DNA of 64,000 nt from contig JAFSPA010000010.1 in NCBI GenBank assembly GCA_017443145.1, positions 2,878 through 66,877 of the forward strand, in the 5' to 3' direction. Shown piece by piece: positions 1 to 8,747 of this stretch (positions are counted from its first letter, which is position 1; each line of letters opens with the position of its first letter). The notes beneath the pieces are model-generated. The model ran no database searches, was not told the origin of the DNA, and saw nothing but the letters and a program-made list of their open reading frames with translations. The translations under genes and the position numbers were made by a program. The stretch is from Paludibacteraceae bacterium. Lineage in GTDB: Bacteria > Bacteroidota > Bacteroidia > Bacteroidales > Paludibacteraceae.

Positions 1-1
1 T

Positions 2-94
2 ACCAAATACTATGACCACACCTCATACTATCGGCTGATAGACCTCCCCGAAGCGGGATGGAACCTGTCGGCGATGCTGAGCGTGGATTTCTAA
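2..94 (+). CDS. C-terminal end of a TonB-dependent outer-membrane receptor (partial, enters from window edge)
   Basis: Open frame from the window edge translating ...YYRLIDLPEAGWNLSAMLSVDF*. The terminal Phe is typical of OM beta-barrels. It is followed by a DUF4625-type lipoprotein that normally accompanies TBDTs. Confidence 0.5.
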   Translation, partial: TKYYDHTSYYRLIDLPEAGWNLSAMLSVDF

Positions 95-109
95 AACCAA
101 TACATAATA

Positions 110-643
110 ATGAAAAATAATATATTCAAGTGCCTTAATATGGCGCTAATAACGGTAGCAGCTACTTTTATTTTTACTTGCTGCGAAAATAAAAGCAAAG
201 ACACAGTGCCGCCGCAAATCACGGAAGCTACTTTCCTGCCGGCAGATTGTGACATCTATTACTTAGGGGATACTTTGTTGGTACATTTCGACTGCTCCGA
301 CGATACGGAGTTAGGGAATTATAATATCGAGATACACAATAATTTTGATCACCACACGCACGGCACTTCCGACGTTGATTGCGATGAAGTGGAAGGCGAA
401 GAACATCACCATGAAGAAGGTGAGGAGCATGAACATGAGCATGAACATGTAGAGGGTGCGTGGGTGTATAACCAAGATTTTGCTATAGAGCGCGGAAAGA
501 AAGCGGCAACCATCGACCTCGCTATTCCCGTGTCGGAAGATGTGAAGGAAGGAGATTACCATTTCATGCTCCGACTCACTGACCGCGCCGGTTGGCAGGC
601 TATCAAAGCTGTTCCGATTCACCTTAAGACACCATCAATATGA
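110..643 (+). CDS. DUF4625-like lipoprotein with a His/Glu-rich insert
   Basis: Signal peptide plus Cys (FIFTCCENK). Motifs DDTELGNYNIEIHNNFDHHTH and GDYHFMLRLTDRAG fit DUF4625. The insert is HHTHG..EEHHHEEGEEHEHEHEH. Confidence 0.65.
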   Translation: MKNNIFKCLNMALITVAATFIFTCCENKSKDTVPPQITEATFLPADCDIYYLGDTLLVHFDCSDDTELGNYNIEIHNNFDHHTHGTSDVDCDEVEGEEHHHEEGEEHEHEHEHVEGAWVYNQDFAIERGKKAATIDLAIPVSEDVKEGDYHFMLRLTDRAGWQAIKAVPIHLKTPSI

Positions 644-660
644 GAATAAGTTGTTAGTCT

Positions 661-2262
661 ATGATAAAGAGAAAAATCGTACTGTTCATATTACTATTCA
701 CTTGGGTAAGTGTTGGTTTCGCCAAGATGCACATCCACACGGATGCGTCCGACTACCGTGCGGGTGAACGTATTTGGTATCGAATACATGTGTTAGACGC
801 GCAGACTTTGTTGCCCGATACGGCGACATCGTTGCTCATTGTCGAATTGATTAATCCGCAAGGAACGGTAACCAAGCGCGCGAAACTGCTTCGTGACAAC
901 GGCGTGTTCAGCGGATACATCGATATCCCCAACACAGCCGAAGCAGGACAATATCTCATCCGTTCCTATCCGCGCGGAATGGACGATATGAATAGTGCCG
1001 GCAAGCAGATGGTGTATATACATGGCAAGTCGCAAGAGGAGCAGCCTTCAGGCGACACATACCGCTCGTCGGAGGACAGCATCGAAGTGCGGCAAGTGGC
1101 TATGCCGCTGGTAGTTAGTTCAGAGAATGGGACGTATCGTATTAGCATTAGTACGGACTCGTTACACCCCGGCGAACGGGTGATGGTCTCTGCCTCTATT
1201 ACGGACCGATACGCTATCGCAAAGCACCCTCAGTGGAGCATTCTGTACACGTTCAGACACCCGCCATTCGTCGATCCTACGCTTCGTGAGTTGACCGAAA
1301 ACGGAAGTGTCAAAGGGGCAGCGCTTATGCCTATTCGTCAAAGAGGTATAAACAGCGCGATAGTTAATATGATTATCCCAGGAACACATGGTTATGCGGT
1401 GGATACGACGGATAATGAGGGTCGATTTGCTTTTGCTGATGAATTGGTGCCGGAAGGGATGTCGGTCCTACTGACTGCGTATAGACCGGACGGAGGACAG
1501 AATGTGTATATCCGAATCGAAGAGGAGACCTTTCCTCCCTATGAGGGAGTCGCTCCCGCATTTATACCATTGAATAGCTGCGCGCCGGTAGCAAAGGCAG
1601 AGCTGAGTGACTTTACAGATAGCGTGCTATTAGACGAGATAGAAGTCAATGCCAAACGTCTTGTTCGTGAATCGCGCAAAGAACTATATTCGATGCATCA
1701 AGCAGATGTATCGTTCGGCATGAATAAGATAGAGGAATATAGTGCGACTTGCTTGCATGACTTATTGCGTCGCGTGCCGGGAGTCTCGGTAGTGAACGAG
1801 CAGTGTTTCATTCGCGGCGCGCACTCTATCTATGCCAAAAATCCCGCTGCTATAGCTATCAACGGAGTGATCCAAGAAGACAACTATGACTTAGATATCA
1901 TACCGATGCAAGATATAGCGCGGCTGGATATCTTCAAGTCGGGAACTACTGTTATTTGGGGCGCACGAGGCGGTGCGGGAGTTATTTCTATCATCCTCAA
2001 AGACGGCAGCGAGATACCCAAACAGACCGACCAGGGTAACCTGAAAAAGTTCACTCCGCTTGGTTGGCAGTTACCGCAGGACTTCTATGTGCAACCTTAT
2101 ATGGAGAGCAGCCGGCGCCCCACAACATTGTTATGGATACCCGATGTGCAATCGCAAGTGTTGACTTTTACTACTGATGGACACCCCACAGTCTATGACG
2201 TGGTTATAGAGGGCGTCACCTCGAACGGCAGATTGGTTCATGAAGAGAAGGAAATATATTAG
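661..2262 (+). CDS. MG2-like / carboxypeptidase-regulatory-like / TonB Plug domain protein without a beta-barrel
   Basis: N-terminus DYRAGERIWYRIHVLD...AEAGQYLI resembles an alpha-2-macroglobulin MG2 domain. The C-terminal part IEVNAKR..VPGVSVV..IRG...AINGV...DIARLDIFKSG..IWGARGGAGVISIILKDG is a Plug domain. The ORF ends about 90 aa later, with no barrel. Confidence 0.6.
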   Translation: MIKRKIVLFILLFTWVSVGFAKMHIHTDASDYRAGERIWYRIHVLDAQTLLPDTATSLLIVELINPQGTVTKRAKLLRDNGVFSGYIDIPNTAEAGQYLIRSYPRGMDDMNSAGKQMVYIHGKSQEEQPSGDTYRSSEDSIEVRQVAMPLVVSSENGTYRISISTDSLHPGERVMVSASITDRYAIAKHPQWSILYTFRHPPFVDPTLRELTENGSVKGAALMPIRQRGINSAIVNMIIPGTHGYAVDTTDNEGRFAFADELVPEGMSVLLTAYRPDGGQNVYIRIEEETFPPYEGVAPAFIPLNSCAPVAKAELSDFTDSVLLDEIEVNAKRLVRESRKELYSMHQADVSFGMNKIEEYSATCLHDLLRRVPGVSVVNEQCFIRGAHSIYAKNPAAIAINGVIQEDNYDLDIIPMQDIARLDIFKSGTTVIWGARGGAGVISIILKDGSEIPKQTDQGNLKKFTPLGWQLPQDFYVQPYMESSRRPTTLLWIPDVQSQVLTFTTDGHPTVYDVVIEGVTSNGRLVHEEKEIY

Positions 2263-2282
2263 TATCTTCTGGTCGAATTAAT

Positions 2283-2326
2283 GTTTAACGTTTAACGAGT
2301 TAACGAGTTAACGTTTAGCGTTTAGC
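2283..2326. repeat. Short tandem repeat (GTTTAAC)2(GAGTTAAC)2(GTTTAGC)2
   Basis: Read directly from the sequence. Three unit variants, each present exactly twice in a row, 20 nt after the upstream stop codon. Confidence 0.95.
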
Positions 2327-2365
2327 GGGAAAAGTGCAGGTTTTTGACGAAATCTGCACTTTTTA

Positions 2366-2397
2366 TTTGCATATATGCAAAAAAAGCAGTACCTTTG
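2366..2397 (+). promoter_or_regulatory. Bacteroidota sigma-A type promoter (-33 TTTG, -7 TACCTTTG) embedded in the palindrome TTTGCATATATGCAAA
   Basis: TTTG at 2366-2369, then a 20-nt spacer, then TAccTTTG at 2390-2397. This lies 52 nt upstream of the ATG at 2449. The same cassette occurs at 14165 and 50454. Confidence 0.65.
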
Positions 2398-2448
2398 CGC
2401 GCTGAATAGAATATTGAATAAAATATAACCAACTAAAATATCACGATT

Positions 2449-3615
2449 ATGAGAAAAATGTTTACTATTCTGGCAGCTGTATGCTGCGCAATGAGTATGA
2501 TGGCGGGCGACGAAGAGGCACGCCTCGACAGTATTTATTTCTACAACAACGCGGAGGATAACCTGACAGGTCGCGAGCTTCACAAGTACGACGGCAAGGG
2601 TAACCTGGTAGAGGTTTTAGTGGATGAATGGAACGGTAGCGCGTGGGTGGCATACGTCAAACAAGAGACTACCTACAACGAAAACGGTGACCAACTGTCT
2701 GTTACGACCAGCGAATATGACGGAACGAAATGGACCTATACAGATAAGTATGAGTCTAAGTACAACGACGCTTTCAAGCAGACGGAGTTCACACACTATC
2801 AATGGGGAACAACTGACTGGACGCCGTTTTCCAGAAACCTGTACACCTATACGACGAATAACCAGATGGCCACAGAAACTTTCCAGCAATATGTTTCGGG
2901 CGCATGGAAGGATCAGAGTAGAACATCCTATGCGTACTACAGCAACGGCACGTTGAAAAGTAAGATAGTTGAGAACTATAAAGATGGTGCGTTTGTTAAC
3001 TACAGCAAGGTCTATTATGAGTACAACAGCGCTTTGCAGCAGACTCTGGCGGAGGCCTCCCTGTGGGATGCGACCAAGACCGACTGGGTACCATACTACA
3101 AGTATATGAGATCCTACACCGATGGTCTGCTGACGTTAGTGCATAGGCAGGACTACAATAAGAGTAAGAGCGCGTGGGTAGATGATACCAAGGTTTCTAT
3201 CTCCTACACGGACGACGGTCTGGTGAAAGAAGAGCTGACAACATCGTACCTGTCAAGCACTTGGAGAAACACCACCCGCATACAGAACACCTACGATGCG
3301 CAAGGTAACAAGACTAAGAAAGCGCAACAGTATTGGGATGCAGATAACGGTGTGTGGTATGACTACTCCGAATATATCTGGCTCTTTGAACTCAACGGCG
3401 CTAAGGTGACAGAGACCTACCGCTACTATTCCACAGGAGATAAAAAATGGCATTTCTCCTACGCTAATGTGAACTACTACACCCTGCCGGGAACAGGCAT
3501 TGAAGCCGTCAGCAGTCAACCCTCAACCATCAGCCGCAAGATTTTCCGTGGCGGACAGGTGTTGATTGAGCGCGGCGGAGTGATTTACGATTTGAAAGGA
3601 CAAGTCATTGAGTAA
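2449..3615 (+). CDS. Secreted protein with YD/RHS-like beta-hairpin repeats (hypothetical)
   Basis: Signal peptide. Recurring Y[DN]xxG[ND]x motifs (YDGKGNL, YNENGDQ, YDAQGNK) and W-rich periodicity. The C-terminal tail RKIFRGGQVLIERGGVIYDLKGQVIE is shared with the ORF at 14284. Confidence 0.6.
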   Translation: MRKMFTILAAVCCAMSMMAGDEEARLDSIYFYNNAEDNLTGRELHKYDGKGNLVEVLVDEWNGSAWVAYVKQETTYNENGDQLSVTTSEYDGTKWTYTDKYESKYNDAFKQTEFTHYQWGTTDWTPFSRNLYTYTTNNQMATETFQQYVSGAWKDQSRTSYAYYSNGTLKSKIVENYKDGAFVNYSKVYYEYNSALQQTLAEASLWDATKTDWVPYYKYMRSYTDGLLTLVHRQDYNKSKSAWVDDTKVSISYTDDGLVKEELTTSYLSSTWRNTTRIQNTYDAQGNKTKKAQQYWDADNGVWYDYSEYIWLFELNGAKVTETYRYYSTGDKKWHFSYANVNYYTLPGTGIEAVSSQPSTISRKIFRGGQVLIERGGVIYDLKGQVIE

Positions 3616-3618
3616 TTA

Positions 3619-4332
3619 ATGCGAGAGAATATGAAAAAAAGTGTATTACTATTGAGCCTTTTGGCCGTGATGGTAGCAAGTGTAAGTGCCAAGAAACCAG
3701 TGTATGTGCATATTGTTGGCGACGAGACTGCAGCCGAGATGACGGCGATGGAGGATATGAATGACTCGGCCGCTATAGGCTGGGGGCAAGTGCTCCGCGA
3801 CTATGTGTCGGATATAGAGGTTATCAACCGCGCCGTGCCGGCTACCACGAGTCGGGCGCTGCTCACACAGGGCGACTGGAACGACATCATCGCCAATGCC
3901 TCACGGGGTAGTATCCTGCTTATTCAGTTGGGTCATCACGAGTACGACGAAGCCAACGGCCAGACTTATTCGACGCTTGTAGAGTTCGAGAATAACCTGC
4001 TGACGATGGTCGAGACGGCGCAGAAAAAGAAACTGCGTGTCGTTCTCCTTACTCCGACCACCAAGCGTTTCTTCTACGACAATGAGTACTATCCTCGTCA
4101 CGGCGCATATGCGGAGGGTGTACGCCGCGTGGCGCAACAGCAACATCTGCCGCTTATTGACGTGGAGGCAATGTCCCGCGAAAACGTGGCTGATGCCGGT
4201 GAGGACGCTTCCGCCGTATATTTCGCAGCCGGAAAGGATGTGGAACTCAGCGAGGAAGGTGCTCGAATGGTGGCACGCTATATCGCGGAGCAGGCCAAAG
4301 AGCTGAAGATAAAAGGCCTCTATACAAAATAG
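3619..4332 (+). CDS. SGNH/GDSL-fold protein related to rhamnogalacturonan acetylesterase, catalytic residues apparently substituted
   Basis: Signal peptide; the start may instead be the Met at 3631. Block I is VGDETA (expected GDST), block III is GHHEYD (expected GHND), and block V is DVELSEEGA (expected DxxH). Confidence 0.6.
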   Translation: MRENMKKSVLLLSLLAVMVASVSAKKPVYVHIVGDETAAEMTAMEDMNDSAAIGWGQVLRDYVSDIEVINRAVPATTSRALLTQGDWNDIIANASRGSILLIQLGHHEYDEANGQTYSTLVEFENNLLTMVETAQKKKLRVVLLTPTTKRFFYDNEYYPRHGAYAEGVRRVAQQQHLPLIDVEAMSRENVADAGEDASAVYFAAGKDVELSEEGARMVARYIAEQAKELKIKGLYTK

Positions 4333-4353
4333 CAGCAAGTCGCAAGTCTCAAG

Positions 4354-5514
4354 GTGACCATAGGCGTATTTGACATAGAGATTTGGGAGTTGTGCGTGCT
4401 GGGCGTGTTCACGCTCGCGTTTGTGTACCAGGTGTACTTCTACGGAAGGTATATATGGGTACGCCGTGGGGGAAATAGTGAGAATGGTGAGAATGGTGAC
4501 GCGGCGCTTAATGGTGAGAATGGTGAGAAGCCGGGTGTGAGTGTTATTGTCTGTGCTCGGAACGAAGGCGCTAACCTCAAGGCGTATATGCAGAGTCTGC
4601 TTACGCAGGACTATCCGCGTTTTGAGGTGATAGTGGTCAACGACGGCTCCGAGGATGACACGCAGGCGGTGATAGACGAGTACGTGGCACTCGATAAGCG
4701 CGTGCATACGACCTTTGTGCCGAAAGGTGCGAGAATGCGGAGTACGAAGAAACTGGGTCTGACGCTGGCCGCCAAAGCGGCACAATACGACTACCTTTTG
4801 CTCACGGATGCCGATTGCCGACCCGAGTCCACCAAGTGGATCAGCTCGATGATGTCGGGCTTTGGCGAAGGGAAAGAGGTGGTGTTAGGCTACGGGGCAT
4901 ACTTCCGCGAGAACAGCCTGCTCAATAGCGTCATACAGTACGAGACGCTGTTCAACGGCCTGCATTATATGGGCGCAGCCGCATCGGGCAAACCGTATAT
5001 GGGTGTCGGACGCAATCTCGCCTACCGCAAGGATACGTTCTTTGCGCACGGTGGTTTTTCGGACCTGATGAACGAGAGTGCAGGGGATGATGACCTGTTC
5101 GTCAATAAAGTGGCGACGAAGCAAAACACGTCCGTCATCTACAGGTGCGACAGCGTGACATGGTCTGTGCCGAAGACGACGTGGAAAGGTTGGTGGCAGC
5201 AGAAGCGGCGACATCTGTCCGTGTCCAACGGATATAAAGAGTCGTCGAAGCAGCACCTGTTGCGGGAACCGCTGACGCGGGGACTGTTCTACGTGCTGTT
5301 CATCGTGATGATGGCGTGCTGCAACCCGCTGGTGATGAGCGTGGCATACTGCCTGTTCGTGTTGCGACTGCTCCTGCAAGTGAGTATGCTGAACGCGGCG
5401 GCGAACCACTTCCACCAGCCGAATATAGGAATCGAGCTGCTGTGGTACGATATGTTGCTGCCGGTGGTGACGGGAGTGATGTTGATGATGCCGAAAAGGA
5501 AAGATATTTGGTAA
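4354..5514 (+). CDS. Family 2 glycosyltransferase, membrane-anchored
   Basis: VSVIVCARNE...VVNDGSEDDT...LLTDADC (DxD) followed by C-terminal TM helices. GTG start. There is an (E-N-G)n low-complexity insert after the first TM helix. Confidence 0.75.
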   Translation: MTIGVFDIEIWELCVLGVFTLAFVYQVYFYGRYIWVRRGGNSENGENGDAALNGENGEKPGVSVIVCARNEGANLKAYMQSLLTQDYPRFEVIVVNDGSEDDTQAVIDEYVALDKRVHTTFVPKGARMRSTKKLGLTLAAKAAQYDYLLLTDADCRPESTKWISSMMSGFGEGKEVVLGYGAYFRENSLLNSVIQYETLFNGLHYMGAAASGKPYMGVGRNLAYRKDTFFAHGGFSDLMNESAGDDDLFVNKVATKQNTSVIYRCDSVTWSVPKTTWKGWWQQKRRHLSVSNGYKESSKQHLLREPLTRGLFYVLFIVMMACCNPLVMSVAYCLFVLRLLLQVSMLNAAANHFHQPNIGIELLWYDMLLPVVTGVMLMMPKRKDIW

Positions 5515-5524
5515 ATAAAGAGAT

Positions 5525-5830
5525 ATGGAAGAACAAAAATTGAACATTAACCTCACGCCGGAAGTGGCGGAGGGTGTATATGCCAACTTGGCGATAATAG
5601 CGCATTCGTCGTCGGAGTTCGTGGTGGACTTCGTACGTATGATGCCGGGTATTAAACAAGCGAATGTGAAGTCGCGTATTATCCTGACTCCCGAGCACGC
5701 GAAGAAACTGCTGTTTGCGTTGCAGGAGAATGTGAGCAAGTACGAGAATCAGTTCGGCAAGATAAAGATTAACGGCCAACCGAATCCGGGATCGACGATT
5801 CCGATGTCGTTTGGAGGTGGCGAAGCATAA
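5525..5830 (+). CDS. DUF3467 domain protein
   Basis: LTPEVAEGVYANLAIIAHSSSEFVVDFV...ANVKSRIILTPEHAKKLL matches my recollection of DUF3467. Confidence 0.65.
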   Translation: MEEQKLNINLTPEVAEGVYANLAIIAHSSSEFVVDFVRMMPGIKQANVKSRIILTPEHAKKLLFALQENVSKYENQFGKIKINGQPNPGSTIPMSFGGGEA

Positions 5831-5859
5831 AAATAACAAACCATAAAAACACAAAGATT

Positions 5860-6735
5860 ATGAAAACATTTCCAGCAAGTCAATTGATTATTAATGGCGA
5901 TGGTAGTGCATTCCATCTGCATCTGAAACCTGAGTTCTTGGCAGACAAGATCATCCTTGTGGGTGACCAAGACCGTGTGAACATCGTAGCATCGTTCTTC
6001 GACGAAGGCAGTATTGAGTGCGACGTGCAAAGTCGTGAGTTCCACACGATTACGGGTAAATACAAAGGCAAACGTATCTCTTGTATCTCGACGGGTATCG
6101 GTACCGACAACTGCGATATCGTGATGAACGAGATAGACTCTCTTGCTAACATCGACTACAACACACGCGAGGAGAAAGCTGTTAAGCGTCAGCTTGAGAT
6201 TATTCGTATCGGCACCTGTGGTGGTATGCAGGAAGATATACCTCTGGGCACGTTCCTGGTAAGTCAGAAATCCATCGGCTTCGATGGCGTATTGGCATTC
6301 TACCACGACCGCGATAAGATTGCGGACCTGGGCTTCGAGAAAGCGCTGGTGGACTTCATCGGCTACCCGAAGAAAGCGGCTGTGCCTTATGTGGTAGCAG
6401 CTAACCCCGAACTGGTTGACCGTATCGCGAAAGACGATATGATGCGCGGTTGCACGATTGCTGCCAACGGATTCTACGGCCCGCAAGGACGTAATCTGCG
6501 CGTGGATATTGCTGTGCCGGATATCAACGAGAAGATTAGTGCTTTCCGTTACGAGGGACAACGTATCACGAACTATGAGATGGAAGGTAGCTGTATCGCA
6601 GGTCTGGCACTGCATATGGGCCACAAGGCGATGACCGTTTGCTGCGTGATTGCACAACGTAAGGTTGAGGCTGCTAACACCGACTATAAACCAAGAGTAA
6701 AAGAACTGATTAGAACCGTTCTTGAGAGATTCTAA
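5860..6735 (+). CDS. Nucleoside phosphorylase (PNP/UDP family)
   Basis: Length of 291 aa. Motifs ISTGIGTDN, RIGTCGG and NYEMEG are typical of uridine/purine nucleoside phosphorylases. Confidence 0.7.
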   Translation: MKTFPASQLIINGDGSAFHLHLKPEFLADKIILVGDQDRVNIVASFFDEGSIECDVQSREFHTITGKYKGKRISCISTGIGTDNCDIVMNEIDSLANIDYNTREEKAVKRQLEIIRIGTCGGMQEDIPLGTFLVSQKSIGFDGVLAFYHDRDKIADLGFEKALVDFIGYPKKAAVPYVVAANPELVDRIAKDDMMRGCTIAANGFYGPQGRNLRVDIAVPDINEKISAFRYEGQRITNYEMEGSCIAGLALHMGHKAMTVCCVIAQRKVEAANTDYKPRVKELIRTVLERF

Positions 6736-6739
6736 ACGA

Positions 6740-8737
6740 ATGAAGAAATATGGCATTATCTTGTGCACAGCGCTCCTTGCGCTGTGTGCTTGTGAGAAAA
6801 AAGCAACTAAATTCCAATACACGGTGGATAAGTTTTACGACTTAGAGATACTGCGTTACGACGTGCCGGGCTTTGACGAATTGAGCCTTCAGCAGAAGCA
6901 ACTCGTTTACTACCTGAGCGAAGCGGCATTGCAGGGACGCGATATCTTGTTTGACCAGAATGGCAGATACAATCTGCGTATCCGTCGGGCATTGGAGAGT
7001 CTGTACACGAACTATCCATACAGCCGCGAGGCAGAGGAATTCAAGGCGTTTGAGCGTTACCTGAAACGGGTGTGGTTCTCCAACGGTATTCATCACCACT
7101 ACAGCGAGGATAAGTTCCTGCCGGAATTCAGTCAGGAGTGGTTTGTGGCAGCGTGTGAGCAAGCAGGAGTGGAGTATGATGCGGCAATTTTGCCGGTGAT
7201 GTTCGACCCGAATGTGATGCCGAAACGCACCAATCAGGCAGCAGGACAGGACTTAGTTGCTACGTCTGCCGGTAACTACTACGGCGAGGGTGTGACCCAG
7301 GCCGAAGCGGAAGCGTGGTACGACGCGCATAAGGATAACTCGCCCGAGCCGAAATGGATTGGCCTCAACTCGCAACTTGTGAAGAACGAGAAAGGCGAGA
7401 TCGAGGAGCGCGTGTATAAGGTTGGCGGTTTGTACGGACCGGCATTGGAGAAAGTGGTTTACTGGCTGAAGAAAGCGTACGAAGTGGCAGAGGACGACGA
7501 GCAGAAACTGGCGATTGAGAAGATGATTGCCTTCAACGAGACCGGTGACCTCCGTCTCTTCAACGAGTACTGCATTGCGTGGGTGCGCGATTTGAATAGC
7601 CGTGTGGACTATGTCAATGGTTTTACGGAGACTTATTCCGACCCGCTGGGTATAACCGGTACGTGGGAGAGTATGGTGAACTTCAAAGACCTGGAGGCTA
7701 CCAAGCGTACGCAACTGATTTCTAATAACGCGCAGTGGTTCGAGGATAACTCGCCTACCGCCAAAGCGTATAAGAAAGAGGAAGTGAAAGGTGTGACGGC
7801 GAAAGTGATTACTGCCGCTATGCTCGCCGGCGATTGCTATCCCGCAACGCCTATCGGTATCAACCTGCCTAACGCCAGCTGGATTCGCAAAGAGTACGGG
7901 TCTAAGTCCGTGACGATAGATAACCTGATGCATGCCTATAATGAGGCGGCCAAAGGTAACGGCTTCAACGAGGAGTTTATGATTGACGACGAGATTCGTG
8001 AGCTGTATAACCAATACGGTGCTATGTGTGGCGACCTGCATACGGATTTACATGAGTGTGTGGGTCACGGAAGCGGTAAGCTGATGCCGGGAGTAGGTAA
8101 GGATGCGCTCAAAGAACATGCTTCTACTATTGAGGAAGCACGTGCCGACCTGTTCGGATTGTATTATCTGGGAGACCCGAAACTGGTGGAACTGGGCCTG
8201 CTGCCTAATATGGATGCGTACAAAGCCGGCTACTACCAGCAGATGATGAACGGCGCAATGACGCAACTTGTTCGCATCGAAGAAGGCAAGGATATTGAGG
8301 AAGCGCATATGCGTAATCGTCAGCTGATTGCTAACTGGGTACTGGCGAATGTGGACCCGAAACAGCCGGAAGTGGAGATAATCGAGCGTGACGGCAAACA
8401 CTACCTGCGCGTGAATGACTACGAAGGACTGCGTACGTTGTACGGACAGCTGCTGGCTATCATTCAAGGTATCACGTCGGAAGGCGACTACGAGACCGCC
8501 AAAGATTTTGTGGAAGCGTATGCCGTACGCGTTAATCCGGACCTGCATCGCGAAATACTGGAGCGCTACAAAGGTCTGAACCTCGCGCCATACAAAGGAT
8601 TCGTCAATCCGGTGTATAAAGTGAAGACGAATAAGGACGGCCAGATAACCGACGTGAAGCTCGACTTCACCGAAGGATATATCGAGCAGCATTTGCGCTA
8701 CAGTCGCGACTACTCGAACCTGCCGGATGTGAATTGA
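6740..8737 (+). CDS. M49 (dipeptidyl-peptidase III-like) zinc peptidase, lipoprotein
   Basis: Lipobox LLALCAC. M49 zinc motifs HECVGHGSG and EEARAD. The start was moved to MKKYG (6740). Confidence 0.75.
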   Translation: MKKYGIILCTALLALCACEKKATKFQYTVDKFYDLEILRYDVPGFDELSLQQKQLVYYLSEAALQGRDILFDQNGRYNLRIRRALESLYTNYPYSREAEEFKAFERYLKRVWFSNGIHHHYSEDKFLPEFSQEWFVAACEQAGVEYDAAILPVMFDPNVMPKRTNQAAGQDLVATSAGNYYGEGVTQAEAEAWYDAHKDNSPEPKWIGLNSQLVKNEKGEIEERVYKVGGLYGPALEKVVYWLKKAYEVAEDDEQKLAIEKMIAFNETGDLRLFNEYCIAWVRDLNSRVDYVNGFTETYSDPLGITGTWESMVNFKDLEATKRTQLISNNAQWFEDNSPTAKAYKKEEVKGVTAKVITAAMLAGDCYPATPIGINLPNASWIRKEYGSKSVTIDNLMHAYNEAAKGNGFNEEFMIDDEIRELYNQYGAMCGDLHTDLHECVGHGSGKLMPGVGKDALKEHASTIEEARADLFGLYYLGDPKLVELGLLPNMDAYKAGYYQQMMNGAMTQLVRIEEGKDIEEAHMRNRQLIANWVLANVDPKQPEVEIIERDGKHYLRVNDYEGLRTLYGQLLAIIQGITSEGDYETAKDFVEAYAVRVNPDLHREILERYKGLNLAPYKGFVNPVYKVKTNKDGQITDVKLDFTEGYIEQHLRYSRDYSNLPDVN

Positions 8738-8747
8738 TGAATGAAAA

